From assembly GCA_050951325.1 (NCBI GenBank), contig JBMNIW010000012.1, positions 352,001-416,000 of the forward strand: a stretch of 64,000 nucleotides of DNA. Reading direction: 5' to 3'. The DNA comes from Clostridia bacterium (GTDB lineage Bacteria > Bacillota > Clostridia > UBA1212 > DUPL01). Numbering within the stretch: the stretch's first letter is position 1; each line of letters starts with the position of its first letter. The position numbers were made by a program, and so were the translations under genes. Positions 19,386 through 32,634 of this stretch are shown here, one piece after another. The notes beneath the pieces are model-generated. The model saw only the letters and a list, made by a program, of their open reading frames with translations. It searched no databases and was not told the DNA's origin.

Positions 19386-21233
19386 ATGGCAAAGCGTCAG
19401 AAAATTGACATTGCAGTTATAATGGCAACTGCAATAAGCCTGTTTGTTCTTTTGATTGTGCCTGTAGACAATTCTGCAAAACTTATACCGTACATAGCCG
19501 TTTACCTGTTGATAGGTTATGAAATTCTTTTTAAGGCAGGTAGAAATATACTTTCCGGTGAAATCTTTGATGAAAACTTCCTTATGAGTATTGCAACCAT
19601 AGGTGCTTTTGCAATAGCGGAGTATCCTGAGGCAGTATCTGTTATGCTGTTTTACAGGGTGGGCGAATTCTTCCAGGATTATGTCTTGGATAAATCAAGA
19701 AAGTCCATATCGGATCTAGTGGATATAAAGCAGGATTACGCCAATGTGGAAGTTAATGGTGAACTTATAAAAAAAGACCCTCATAATATAAAGGTAGGAG
19801 ATATAATATACGTAAAACCTGGTGAAAGGATACCTTTGGATGGTGTTGTAATTGAAGGCTCTTCATCACTGGATGCAAGTGCCCTTACAGGAGAATCCAT
19901 GCCGAAGGATGTGTCAAAAGGGGACAGCGTATTGTCAGGTTGTATAAATCTTAGCGGTCTTCTTACAGTAAAGGTTGAAAAACCATATACAGATTCAACA
20001 GCATCCAAGATATTGGAACTGGTGGAATACGCTTCTGCAAAGAAAGCTAGAACTGAAAAGTTCATAACTCGCTTTGCAAGAATCTATACCCCTGTGGTGG
20101 TATTTGCAGCTGCTTTTCTTGCAGTACTCCCTCCCCTTCTGATCCAGGATGCTTCTTTTAAAGACTGGATACACAGAGCACTCATTTTTCTAGTAGTTTC
20201 CTGTCCTTGTGCCCTTGTCATATCCATTCCCCTTGGATTCTTTGGAGGCATAGGACGTGCTTCGAAAAGAGGCATACTGGTTAAAGGAGGAAACTACCTT
20301 GAAAACATGGCTATGGTTGACACGATGGTCTTTGACAAGACTGGCACGCTAACCGAGGGAACTTTTGAAGTTACACAAATTGTACCGAGGAACTCAACAA
20401 AGGAAGAGCTTCTTAGAGTTAGCGCACATGCCGAAGGTTTTTCGAATCATCCTATAGCTGAGTCGATAATAAAAGTGTATGGCAAGGAACCTGACACAAG
20501 AAAAGTAAGAAATGTCGAAGAAATTGCAGGTCACGGCATAAAAGCTTTACTTGATGGCGAGTTGATTCTTGTGGGCAATGACAAGTTGATGGAAAAGCAC
20601 GGCATAAAATACGACAGAGTGGATAAGATCGGAACTGTTGTGCATGCGGCAAAAGGTTCTGTTTACCTTGGATATATTGTAATATCAGACAAAATAAAAA
20701 TAGATACCAAAGGTGCAGTTGAAAGTCTGAAAAGAGAAGGGGTACATAATCTAGTCATGTTGACTGGTGACTCTGAAAGGACCGCAGTGCATGTGGCAAA
20801 GGAAGTAGGAATTAGGAAGGTATATTCTTCTCTTCTGCCTCAAGACAAAGTGAGTATTGTTGAAAAACTTCTTGCAGAGATGGGGAAAAAGAAAACCCTT
20901 GTTTTTGTAGGAGATGGTATGAATGATGCGCCTGTTTTGATGAGAGCTGATGTTGGTATCGCCATGGGAGCGCTTGGCTCTGACAGCGCTATTGAAGCTG
21001 CTGACATAGTTATTATGGACGACAAGCCGTCCAAAATTCCAGAAGCTGTTCAAATAGCAAAAAAGACAGTAAGAATTGTAAAACAGAACATAACGATTGC
21101 CCTGTTTGTAAAGATTCTTGTTCTTTTGCTAGGTGCTTTTGGTTTTGCCAATATGTGGGCTGCAGTATTTGCAGATGTTGGCGTTTCAATAATAACAATT
21201 CTGAATGCGGTAAGGATATACAAAGGATATTGA
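19386..21233 (+). CDS. cadA: Zn/Cd/Pb-translocating P1B-type ATPase
   Basis: TGES, SCPC, DKTGT, HP, GDGMND, TM Lys and FADVG; no N-terminal HMA domain. Confidence 0.92.
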   Translation: MAKRQKIDIAVIMATAISLFVLLIVPVDNSAKLIPYIAVYLLIGYEILFKAGRNILSGEIFDENFLMSIATIGAFAIAEYPEAVSVMLFYRVGEFFQDYVLDKSRKSISDLVDIKQDYANVEVNGELIKKDPHNIKVGDIIYVKPGERIPLDGVVIEGSSSLDASALTGESMPKDVSKGDSVLSGCINLSGLLTVKVEKPYTDSTASKILELVEYASAKKARTEKFITRFARIYTPVVVFAAAFLAVLPPLLIQDASFKDWIHRALIFLVVSCPCALVISIPLGFFGGIGRASKRGILVKGGNYLENMAMVDTMVFDKTGTLTEGTFEVTQIVPRNSTKEELLRVSAHAEGFSNHPIAESIIKVYGKEPDTRKVRNVEEIAGHGIKALLDGELILVGNDKLMEKHGIKYDRVDKIGTVVHAAKGSVYLGYIVISDKIKIDTKGAVESLKREGVHNLVMLTGDSERTAVHVAKEVGIRKVYSSLLPQDKVSIVEKLLAEMGKKKTLVFVGDGMNDAPVLMRADVGIAMGALGSDSAIEAADIVIMDDKPSKIPEAVQIAKKTVRIVKQNITIALFVKILVLLLGAFGFANMWAAVFADVGVSIITILNAVRIYKGY

Positions 21234-21234
21234 T

Positions 21235-21888
21235 CTATTTAAGCAAATTCAATAAGAAAATCAGATCATTGGCTGTGAGGTCTGCACCCGCAGCCAATAA
21301 TTTTTCCTCATCAAGAGAACTTGTAATGCCAACACATACCATTCCGCATCCCTTGGAAGCCTTTATGCCGCTTATTGAGTCTTCCACAACCAAACATTCT
21401 TCATAATTCAAGCCCATTCCTTCTGCAGCTTTCATAAAGATGTCAGGATCCGGCTTGTTTTTTGTTACATTACTACCGGTGATTATGTAATCAAAAATAT
21501 CTTCAGGCAATCCCAGTGCTCTTATATTTGCCTCAACTTTTATATCAGCAGCACCAGATGCAACTGAAACTTTGTATCCTCTTTCTTTTAGTTTGCTGAC
21601 TGTTTCATAAACATTTGGCATGACAGCATTTTCATGCCCTATCATTTCCGTATAAATGTCGTATGCCCTATCTTTTATTTTCTCATCATAAGGATAACCA
21701 TACTTCATGGAAACATTTCCAAAGAAATGTACCTCATCCATCCCGATATATGGCAGGAAGTCGCTTGGTAATGCGTCTATCCCAAATTCCTTGAAAGCTT
21801 TAACAGACGCCTTGAACATAACAGGTTCTGAATCAATCAAAACCCCGTCCATATCGAAGATTATTCCCTTTATTACTCTATTTTGCAA
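21235..21888 (-). CDS. HAD-family phosphatase (beta-PGM/CbbY-like)
   Basis: IFDMDGVLIDSE, KPDPDIF, VVEDS..GI; probable TTG start 3 nt after the upstream stop. Confidence 0.85.
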   Translation of the reverse strand: MQNRVIKGIIFDMDGVLIDSEPVMFKASVKAFKEFGIDALPSDFLPYIGMDEVHFFGNVSMKYGYPYDEKIKDRAYDIYTEMIGHENAVMPNVYETVSKLKERGYKVSVASGAADIKVEANIRALGLPEDIFDYIITGSNVTKNKPDPDIFMKAAEGMGLNYEECLVVEDSISGIKASKGCGMVCVGITSSLDEEKLLAAGADLTANDLIFLLNLLK

Positions 21889-21890
21889 TT

Positions 21891-24011
21891 CTAATTCCCT
21901 TTCCAGTCGATACAAAGTATTTTAGATTGATATCCTCCCAATAAGAAGTTAACGGTCTGACTGTCATAATTAACAAATGTGTTTTCCAAAGGATCATAAA
22001 TTTTCAATTCACATTCCTTATTTATATCCACAGTTACATTAGTCTTATCCTTATTGGTGTTTACAAAAAAAACAACCCTGTCAAACCCAATCTTGACATT
22101 GTTCTTGGATTTTACTACAACTCCTCTGTTTGAGTCAATCTCGATGTCTTTACTTGTATTGTCTTTTATAGTCCTTGCAATATCTTCAATTTTATCCACA
22201 ATCATTACATTACTTTCTGTGGATAACTTTTCTATTTTCTCTTTTACCATTTCACTTGTTTCATGAAATATTATTGTTACTCCATCTTTTGCTAGATTAT
22301 CAAGCCTGTCATATAGAAAATCTGGAATGCTTAGTATTCTTGGAACGACAATATGTGAATATGTGATGCCTGATTCTGTAACAGCATTTGCATCCAAACA
22401 ATCAAACTCAACCTGATGGTTTAGAAGCTCATAAATTATCCCTCTCCAGCTCTCTTCCAGCTTTAATGCTCCAATACCGTATTCCCTTTGGTCAAGCTGA
22501 TTGTCTGAGCCTTTCGTTGATACCCAAACACTTTCAATGGGATAGTATATGGCTGTGGAAATCTCTTCACTTCCACCATCGAACATATTGCAAAGTCTTG
22601 CTACAAAGGTGTTGAAAATACGGTTCTCTTCATCAGTAATTACATTGTCGTTGTAATATGATGTAAATGTGTCCACACCTAAAGCAAACTGGGTTGCGCA
22701 AGAGCCTATCATCATTTGCAGGTCTATAGGCTTATTCGCTGCACCTTGCATATGTCCGGAAGCTTCTGTCATAACATGTTGTTTCTTATGCCATTTTGCA
22801 GAAGAACTTATGAGTTTTGGAGTTTGTGCCCATTTCAACACCTCTTCAGGTATTGTGGTCAGCATATCTATTCCCGGTATGCCCATTTTCCCAATCAGCC
22901 TAAACACATTTCCTTCATATATTCCATGATGCAGTATGTTTTCTTCAAGAAGCAAATGTCCTGAAAAATGTACATTGTTGTTTTCACAATAGTCGCCTAT
23001 TTGCTTGAAATATGCTTCATAGTACAAATCTGACAGTAAAGAATTGTAATCCAATCGAATCTTTTGGGCTTTATTATTTGTTCCTGCAAACAAATAGTGA
23101 AGATTATCATAAATGTCATATCCATATTTGGTAAAAAACTCATCTCTCACAAAAGTATCCCAATTAACAACAGGAAGTAGAGGTATGGAATCATCATATG
23201 GATCATCCACCCGGGGTGGATAAAGCCCTTTATTCAAATAACCTGCCATATAGGAAGGTTCATCGGTAAAGTAGGCTTCAATATGATTGCCGTACAAATC
23301 CCCTACTGATTTTGTATACTTTTCATATGTGTTTGAAATAAATTCTCTGACTGCATCTTTAGAAGCAACACTAATGTATCTTCTGGATGCATGCACATTG
23401 TGCTGTGCATGAGTTCCTTCGTATAGATGTTTCGTTTGGAAGTAACAGACAAGGGATGTTTCATTTGGTATATAGCAGAGAGTATGATTCTCGTCCAAAT
23501 ATCCGTCAAGACAGATCCTCTCCCCTATTATTGCATCCACATAGACATCTTCAGGCTTGGAAAGCAGCTCTTGATTATCCGATTCCTTTTTGCTTTCATT
23601 GATAGGAAAAGCATAAGCTGTGAGAAAATCATGATTCTTAGCCTTTTCAATGACAATCTCATCTCCTGAATTAACCTTTATGATAGTAGCACATAGTGCT
23701 TTCGCTTCATATTCATCATTTGCCTTTAATGTAAGTCCTCCTGCAGTACCGCTGGGATAGCCGAGTTCATCGTATATCCAGACTCTCATACCTATTTCCT
23801 TTGCATACCTCACAACTTGGCTGAAGGTATTCATGTATTCAGGATTTGACAAATAATCGTCAAAGGCTACGTTTGTGACGACACCTCCGTAGCCTTTGTT
23901 TTTCAAATCTGTCATTCTCTTTTTTGCATGATTAATATCCATGCAGAGATGGTGATCTATTTTTAATACTCTGTATATGTAATCAGGATTGCTTAATGAG
24001 ATTGTTTTCAT
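21891..24011 (-). CDS. Glycoside hydrolase family 106-like (alpha-L-rhamnosidase-like), cytoplasmic
   Basis: WIYDELGYPSGTAGG, FTDEP, SGHLLLEE, PGIDML, TEA; no signal peptide. Confidence 0.7.
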   Translation of the reverse strand: MKTISLSNPDYIYRVLKIDHHLCMDINHAKKRMTDLKNKGYGGVVTNVAFDDYLSNPEYMNTFSQVVRYAKEIGMRVWIYDELGYPSGTAGGLTLKANDEYEAKALCATIIKVNSGDEIVIEKAKNHDFLTAYAFPINESKKESDNQELLSKPEDVYVDAIIGERICLDGYLDENHTLCYIPNETSLVCYFQTKHLYEGTHAQHNVHASRRYISVASKDAVREFISNTYEKYTKSVGDLYGNHIEAYFTDEPSYMAGYLNKGLYPPRVDDPYDDSIPLLPVVNWDTFVRDEFFTKYGYDIYDNLHYLFAGTNNKAQKIRLDYNSLLSDLYYEAYFKQIGDYCENNNVHFSGHLLLEENILHHGIYEGNVFRLIGKMGIPGIDMLTTIPEEVLKWAQTPKLISSSAKWHKKQHVMTEASGHMQGAANKPIDLQMMIGSCATQFALGVDTFTSYYNDNVITDEENRIFNTFVARLCNMFDGGSEEISTAIYYPIESVWVSTKGSDNQLDQREYGIGALKLEESWRGIIYELLNHQVEFDCLDANAVTESGITYSHIVVPRILSIPDFLYDRLDNLAKDGVTIIFHETSEMVKEKIEKLSTESNVMIVDKIEDIARTIKDNTSKDIEIDSNRGVVVKSKNNVKIGFDRVVFFVNTNKDKTNVTVDINKECELKIYDPLENTFVNYDSQTVNFLLGGYQSKILCIDWKGN

Positions 24012-24016
24012 AATTT

Positions 24017-24649
24017 TTAGCCTAACAATTCAACAGCCGCTTCAGCTGCCGATGCAGCATCCGGACGATAGCAGTCAGCTCCTACTTCATTGCAGAAGTC
24101 CTGAGTAACAGGAGCTCCACCGATCATGATTTTCACCTTGTCTCTTATGCCCATTTCTTTTGCTTTTTCAACAATGGACTTAATGCTGACCATGGTTGTA
24201 GTAAGCAGAGCTGAACAAGCTATGATTTCTGCATTGTTGTCAATTGCAGCCTGAACAAACGTCTCCGCAGGAACATCGACACCCAGATCAATAACTTCAA
24301 GGCCTTTTCCTTCCATCATCATCTTGACAAGATTCTTGCCTATATCGTGCTGGTCACCGGCAACAGTGCCTATTACGACTTTTCCTTTAGCCTTTACGCC
24401 TGCTTCTGCCAAGTGTGGCTTTAAAATTTCCATTCCCATATTCATTGCTCTAGCTGCAACCAGTACCTCTGGAACGTATACCTCGTTATTCTTAAATTTA
24501 ACACCAATTATATCCATACCATGAAGCAGACCTTCTTGCAATATCTTGTCTGCTGCAATGCCAGCGTCAAGAGCTTCCTGTACCAATGTCTTTACGTTTT
24601 TAGCTCTGCCCTGCTGCAAATATGTGGATATTTCTTGTAAAATGTCCAA
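24017..24649 (-). CDS. Methyltransferase cognate corrinoid (B12-binding) protein
   Basis: YVPEVLVAARAM cap domain; DQHDIGKNLV (DxHxxG), SALLTTT, GGAP; TTG start after GGGGTG. Confidence 0.92.
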   Translation of the reverse strand: MDILQEISTYLQQGRAKNVKTLVQEALDAGIAADKILQEGLLHGMDIIGVKFKNNEVYVPEVLVAARAMNMGMEILKPHLAEAGVKAKGKVVIGTVAGDQHDIGKNLVKMMMEGKGLEVIDLGVDVPAETFVQAAIDNNAEIIACSALLTTTMVSIKSIVEKAKEMGIRDKVKIMIGGAPVTQDFCNEVGADCYRPDAASAAEAAVELLG

Positions 24650-24827
24650 TATTAACACCCCAATCGTTTTTTAAATTCTCATTCATTATTACACACCACA
24701 ATAGCTCTGTCAATAAATAAATTATACAAATGCGACATGTTTTTGTATTATATAAATATTTTTGATGCATATGTTAAGTTGACATAATTCCCATATTTTC
24801 TATACTTATATCTTGGAGGTGAAAAAG

Positions 24828-25928
24828 TTGATAGAGATTGTTGGAAAATACAACGTGGCAAAAGTGTTTACAGACAATATGGAGCATGAAGCTTACAATC
24901 AAATAAAAGAGTTGTGCGACATGAAGTTTGCAAAAGATTCAAAGATTCGCATAATGCCGGACGTACATACGGGTATTGGGTGTACAATAGGCACCACCAT
25001 GACAATTAAGGACAAGGTTGTGCCCAATTTGGTGGGTGTGGATATCGGTTGCGGCATGGAAACAGTGAGAATAAGGGAAAAGAAGCTGAATCTTCAAAAG
25101 CTGGATAACTTGATTTATGCTAGAATCCCATCAGGAAGGAATGTAAGAAGAAATTCCCACAAGTTAGCTGATGATATTGATTTAAAGAAACTAAAGTGTT
25201 TCAAACATATAAATCACGGAAGGGCTTTGATGTCAATTGGTACATTGGGCGGTGGCAACCACTTTATTGAAGCCAGCACTGATGATGAAGGAAACTTGTA
25301 CATTGTTGTGCATTCAGGAAGCAGACATTTGGGAAATGAAGTTGCCCGCTACTACCAAAATGAAGGAGTAAGAACTTTAAATGATTCTGGTGTTCCCAAG
25401 CATTTGGCATATTTGGAAGGAAAGTTGTTTGATAACTACATTCATGATATGAATATAATTCAGCAGTATGCTGTTCTGAATAGGAAAGCCATGATGGAAG
25501 AGATATTAAACGGTATGAACCTTACTGCGGAAGAAAGGTTTACCACAACCCACAATTATATCGATACGGAGAAAATGATTTTAAGAAAAGGAAGTGTATC
25601 GGCAGAAAAAGGAGAAAAACTATTGATTCCCATCAACATGAGGGATGGAAGTTTAATATGCATAGGAAAGGGCAATGCAGACTGGAACTATTCAGCACCC
25701 CATGGCGCAGGTAGAATCATGAGCAGACGACAGGCAAAACAGGTATTTTCATTGAATGAATTTAAAAGGGAAATGGAAGGAATATTCACAACCTCAATAA
25801 ACAAGGACACCCTCGACGAGTGTCCCATGGCTTATAAAGATATGGATGAAATAATCAAACATGTAGGTGATACGGTAGAGATTGTGAAAAACATAAGACC
25901 AATTTACAACTTCAAGGCTGCCGAATAG
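24828..25928 (+). CDS. rtcB: RtcB family RNA 2',3'-cyclic phosphate/3'-phosphate ligase
   Basis: MPDVH, GVDIGCG, GTLGGGNHFIE, HSGSR, HNY, RKG, HGAGR, DECPMAYK; promoter TTGACA-16-TATACT at 24779-24806. Confidence 0.92.
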   Translation: MIEIVGKYNVAKVFTDNMEHEAYNQIKELCDMKFAKDSKIRIMPDVHTGIGCTIGTTMTIKDKVVPNLVGVDIGCGMETVRIREKKLNLQKLDNLIYARIPSGRNVRRNSHKLADDIDLKKLKCFKHINHGRALMSIGTLGGGNHFIEASTDDEGNLYIVVHSGSRHLGNEVARYYQNEGVRTLNDSGVPKHLAYLEGKLFDNYIHDMNIIQQYAVLNRKAMMEEILNGMNLTAEERFTTTHNYIDTEKMILRKGSVSAEKGEKLLIPINMRDGSLICIGKGNADWNYSAPHGAGRIMSRRQAKQVFSLNEFKREMEGIFTTSINKDTLDECPMAYKDMDEIIKHVGDTVEIVKNIRPIYNFKAAE

Positions 25929-25929
25929 C

Positions 25930-27882
25930 CTACCTTACCTTGTATATTGCTACCTCCCCTTGAGCAAAAACTTTCTCATAGTTCTGCTCAAGATGATCCA
26001 GGATAATTCCTTTATAGTTGCTTTTTTCATAGGAACTTACATAAACGTAATCAATACCGTACACGTCCTTGTACTGTTCAAAGGTGTTTACGTTTGTAAA
26101 AAAGCCGTTAAGCATACTTTCTCTTTCCTGATATCCAACACCGTGGAAGTACAAAAATGTACCTGCACCACAGAAAATGTTTCTACCGGTTAACGAAGCT
26201 ATGGCATTATTGTGATTGTTGTGCGACAGAAATGTCGCATCTTTTTCTGTGTTTTCAATTATATACTCTGCTGCGTCTACATGGTCTTTTCCATAAAGCT
26301 GATATGAATACGGTCTGAACCCGGATATTATCTCTCTTGCCATTGTAAGTACTGCGGCGTTTATGCACAAGAAAATCATAAACCCTGCAATTACCTGTCT
26401 TCCCTTGATGCCCTTCATCTTGTTGTATGCATTAACCATGAACTCAGCTACAAGTATTGCAGTAAAGGCATACCATATAAGGAAAAGCTTGTTGTTATCA
26501 TAGGGATTTGGCTGGAAGACGAAGAATTCCCCTATTATAAATATCACTAATGCACCGGAATACATCAGTTTATTCTTTCTTGATGTGTTAAGAAAGGCCA
26601 AAGGAAGCAGTATAAAGCAAACTCCTACATTCTTCACCCAGAACCAGAGCCAGTTGTCTGTTTCGTTTACCCAGTTGAACATAAATCTGACAAACGACTC
26701 GTTACCCAGTGCGGCATCAAAGGTCCAAATCAGCAGTTGAGGCAGTGATATTAAAAGCGCAGGTACGCCAAACATGAGCCATGATTTGATGATTTCCTTT
26801 GAAAACCTTTCCTTGATAACAGTTACAATTATCCATCCAATGGCAACAAGACCGCAGGCAAAGTATGAATGGGTGTGTATCATTGGAATAAGGCCTGCGA
26901 ATATGCCTGCAGGGATGAAGTATTCTTTTTTGTCTTCAAACACTGCGTTGTAAAGAAGATACAATACAAAAAAGAGTACCATCCAGCCAAAGAGGGTTGC
27001 CCTTTGTGGAAGCATCATGTCGACTATTGTGTTTGTCCACCTAATATTAGTATATGAAGTGCCTTTGTTTACAAGATTGGTGGGAGTTTCATAAAAGTTT
27101 GTAAATATCCTTGTTAGGTTTTTGTTGTTGTTTCCTAAATTATCAAGGAAGTATATAAGTCCGAAACCTCCATTCAAGAAGAAAAGCATAAAAGCTACTA
27201 TGGTTTTTCTTGTTTTTCTCAGTATGCTGGCGGCTGTAAACCAGAAACCGGCAAACACGCTGAAAAAAGCAACCAGCATGGGCAAAATGTATGCTGTTCT
27301 CAGACTTGAACCAAAGAGGTACAAAGATGATGAAACAGAGTCGCATAGAAACGGATAGTTCAGTTTCATTCCTGGAAGAATGCTGTATTCAGGAGGAAAT
27401 TTACCCTGTGTTGCAATGCTGGTTATGAATCCAAGATGCATGTTCATGTCGCCGTAGGTGCACTGGCCTGTCCATATGGCGCCTTCAAACTCGTAGATGG
27501 TATGATTTAGAAGACATATGAGTGAATAAACCATTAATCCGGATATTATAATAAGAAAGGATTTTTCACTCTTTTCCAATGGAACAAACCATCTTGACTT
27601 GAAGAATGAAATATATGATTTTATGTGAAAATCTTCGCTTCTTTTGGATTTAAAGAAAAAGAGCAGTGCATAAATTGCAATGCTTGATAAAAGACCAAGA
27701 ACATGCGAGACAATGGTAAAACCAAATATGAAAGAAAAAGGCACATTGGACCACATAAGAAGGACGGTTCCAACTACCAATCCCGCCCAAAACTTAAGCA
27801 GAGGCCTTTTCTTGTCAAACATTATATCTGCCAACAAAATACCCAAGAAAAGATAAATAATATAAACTAATACTCCCAGCAC
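25930..27882 (-). CDS. Polytopic membrane protein, possible GT-C-fold glycosyltransferase
   Basis: More than 12 TM segments; loop TYGDMNMHLGFITS...YPFL; PQRA; C-terminal extracytoplasmic LTGR...DYVYVS.YE. Confidence 0.5.
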   Translation of the reverse strand: MLGVLVYIIYLFLGILLADIMFDKKRPLLKFWAGLVVGTVLLMWSNVPFSFIFGFTIVSHVLGLLSSIAIYALLFFFKSKRSEDFHIKSYISFFKSRWFVPLEKSEKSFLIIISGLMVYSLICLLNHTIYEFEGAIWTGQCTYGDMNMHLGFITSIATQGKFPPEYSILPGMKLNYPFLCDSVSSSLYLFGSSLRTAYILPMLVAFFSVFAGFWFTAASILRKTRKTIVAFMLFFLNGGFGLIYFLDNLGNNNKNLTRIFTNFYETPTNLVNKGTSYTNIRWTNTIVDMMLPQRATLFGWMVLFFVLYLLYNAVFEDKKEYFIPAGIFAGLIPMIHTHSYFACGLVAIGWIIVTVIKERFSKEIIKSWLMFGVPALLISLPQLLIWTFDAALGNESFVRFMFNWVNETDNWLWFWVKNVGVCFILLPLAFLNTSRKNKLMYSGALVIFIIGEFFVFQPNPYDNNKLFLIWYAFTAILVAEFMVNAYNKMKGIKGRQVIAGFMIFLCINAAVLTMAREIISGFRPYSYQLYGKDHVDAAEYIIENTEKDATFLSHNNHNNAIASLTGRNIFCGAGTFLYFHGVGYQERESMLNGFFTNVNTFEQYKDVYGIDYVYVSSYEKSNYKGIILDHLEQNYEKVFAQGEVAIYKVR

Positions 27883-27987
27883 AAAGTCCTCCCAATATTC
27901 AATAATTTATTTATAAACAATTTGTATCTATATTATCACTTTTCAAGATTCATTTCAATTGATATAATCAAGATAACAAAATTTTAG

Positions 27988-31086
<3,099 letters not shown>

Positions 31087-31202
31087 AATGTTTATAAAAG
31101 CTTTGTTGCCATGACAAATATTACATTGACAAAGGATTTAAAAAGCTGTAAAGTATAATTGTTGTACTCGTTACGACTATGATGAAAGGAGTTCATTTTT
31201 TC

Positions 31203-31754
31203 ATGAAAATACTTGTTTTATACAACACCGTCGACGGAAATACACAGGCAGTGGCAGAAGCCATAGCTAACGCTTTGGATGCCGATCTTGTTAAGATAGT
31301 AAGAGTTAAAGGTGTAAGGGCATACGGTTTCTTTACAAAGTTGAAACATAGAATGGAAGTAGTTAGAAAGAAGAAGCCTGACATTTTCCCTCTGCGCAAG
31401 GACCCAAGAGACTACGATCTTGTATTTATAGGAACTCCTGTCTGGTACGATTCCTATAACCCAGTATACAATACCCTTTTTGATGTAATTAAGATCTACG
31501 ATAGAAAGATTGCGCTTTTCTCAACTGGTGAAGAAGAAGACACCAAGGCTCTTGACAAACTGGCGGACTATCTTGTTGACTCGGTTCTTCTTGGCAAGTT
31601 CCACTGTGTTGAGCCTATTTGGTGTGACACGGATGAAGAAACACAAGAAATTCTTGACAAGGCTGTTGCCTGGGCAAAGAATATAGCACAAGAGGCTCAG
31701 CAGATGAAAGAGAAAGAAGAGTTAGAGCGCCGCAAGACAATCTACAAATATTAA
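31203..31754 (+). CDS. Flavodoxin-like protein
   Basis: MKILVLYNTVDGNTQAVAEAIA, YDLVFIGTPVW, IALFST. Confidence 0.75.
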   Translation: MKILVLYNTVDGNTQAVAEAIANALDADLVKIVRVKGVRAYGFFTKLKHRMEVVRKKKPDIFPLRKDPRDYDLVFIGTPVWYDSYNPVYNTLFDVIKIYDRKIALFSTGEEEDTKALDKLADYLVDSVLLGKFHCVEPIWCDTDEETQEILDKAVAWAKNIAQEAQQMKEKEELERRKTIYKY

Positions 31755-31824
31755 TAACAAAAAGATACTTACTACAGGGGGCTTCTTGGAGGAGCCCTTT
31801 TTGTGTGAAAAGGGAGGTTAAATT

Positions 31825-32634
31825 ATGGATGTGCCCATAAAGGGGATTAACTCCGAAGAAGTTAAACTTGCAAGGGATTTGTCCACTGGGAAGAAGGTGG
31901 ACAATGAACAGTTGTTCATATGCGAAGGTCTTTGGGCGGTTGAGAAGATTATAAAAAAGAGGATAAAGGTGGAAATGTTTTTCTTCTGTCCTGACATGAT
32001 AAAGACGGAACAAGACAAGAAAAAGACAAATCTGATGATTGAGTACTGCAAGGATTCATACCAGATTTCACAAAAGGCCTGCAGGAAAATAAGTGATAGA
32101 GACGGTGCGGACGGCTTCTTCATAATATGCCACATGCCAAGGTATGATATAGAAAAACTTCCACTTAAGGACGACATGCTTGTTATGGTGCTGGATGGTC
32201 TTGAACAACCAGGCAATGTTGGTGCTACAATAAGATCCCTTGATGCAGCAGGCGGAGATTTTGCCATCATGACGAACAGAAGAGTTCGTCTGACTCACAG
32301 CAGGGTTATAAGAGCAAGTCTTGGTGCTGCTTTCATGATGCCTGTATGTGTTTGCGACATGGCCGAGGTTGTAAAGTGGCTTGTCAAAAACAAGTTCAAG
32401 ATAATCGTTACTGATTTGACAGCAAAAAAATCCTACTACGACATAGATTACAGCGGCAGGGTTTGTATTGTTGCAGGTAATGAATATCTGGGAATATCTC
32501 CTGATTGGCGGCATGTCGAAGGCGCAATTCCCTGTATCATTCCGATGCTGGGAAGTGTTGAATCCCTCAATGTGGGGTTTGCCTCCACTATTGTCGCCTA
32601 TGAGGCGAGGAGATACAAAAGCTTCATTAACTAG
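31825..32634 (+). CDS. TrmH/SpoU family RNA 2'-O-methyltransferase
   Basis: LDGLEQPGNVGATIRS, GNEYLGI, IPMLGSVESLNVG. Confidence 0.9.
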   Translation: MDVPIKGINSEEVKLARDLSTGKKVDNEQLFICEGLWAVEKIIKKRIKVEMFFFCPDMIKTEQDKKKTNLMIEYCKDSYQISQKACRKISDRDGADGFFIICHMPRYDIEKLPLKDDMLVMVLDGLEQPGNVGATIRSLDAAGGDFAIMTNRRVRLTHSRVIRASLGAAFMMPVCVCDMAEVVKWLVKNKFKIIVTDLTAKKSYYDIDYSGRVCIVAGNEYLGISPDWRHVEGAIPCIIPMLGSVESLNVGFASTIVAYEARRYKSFIN

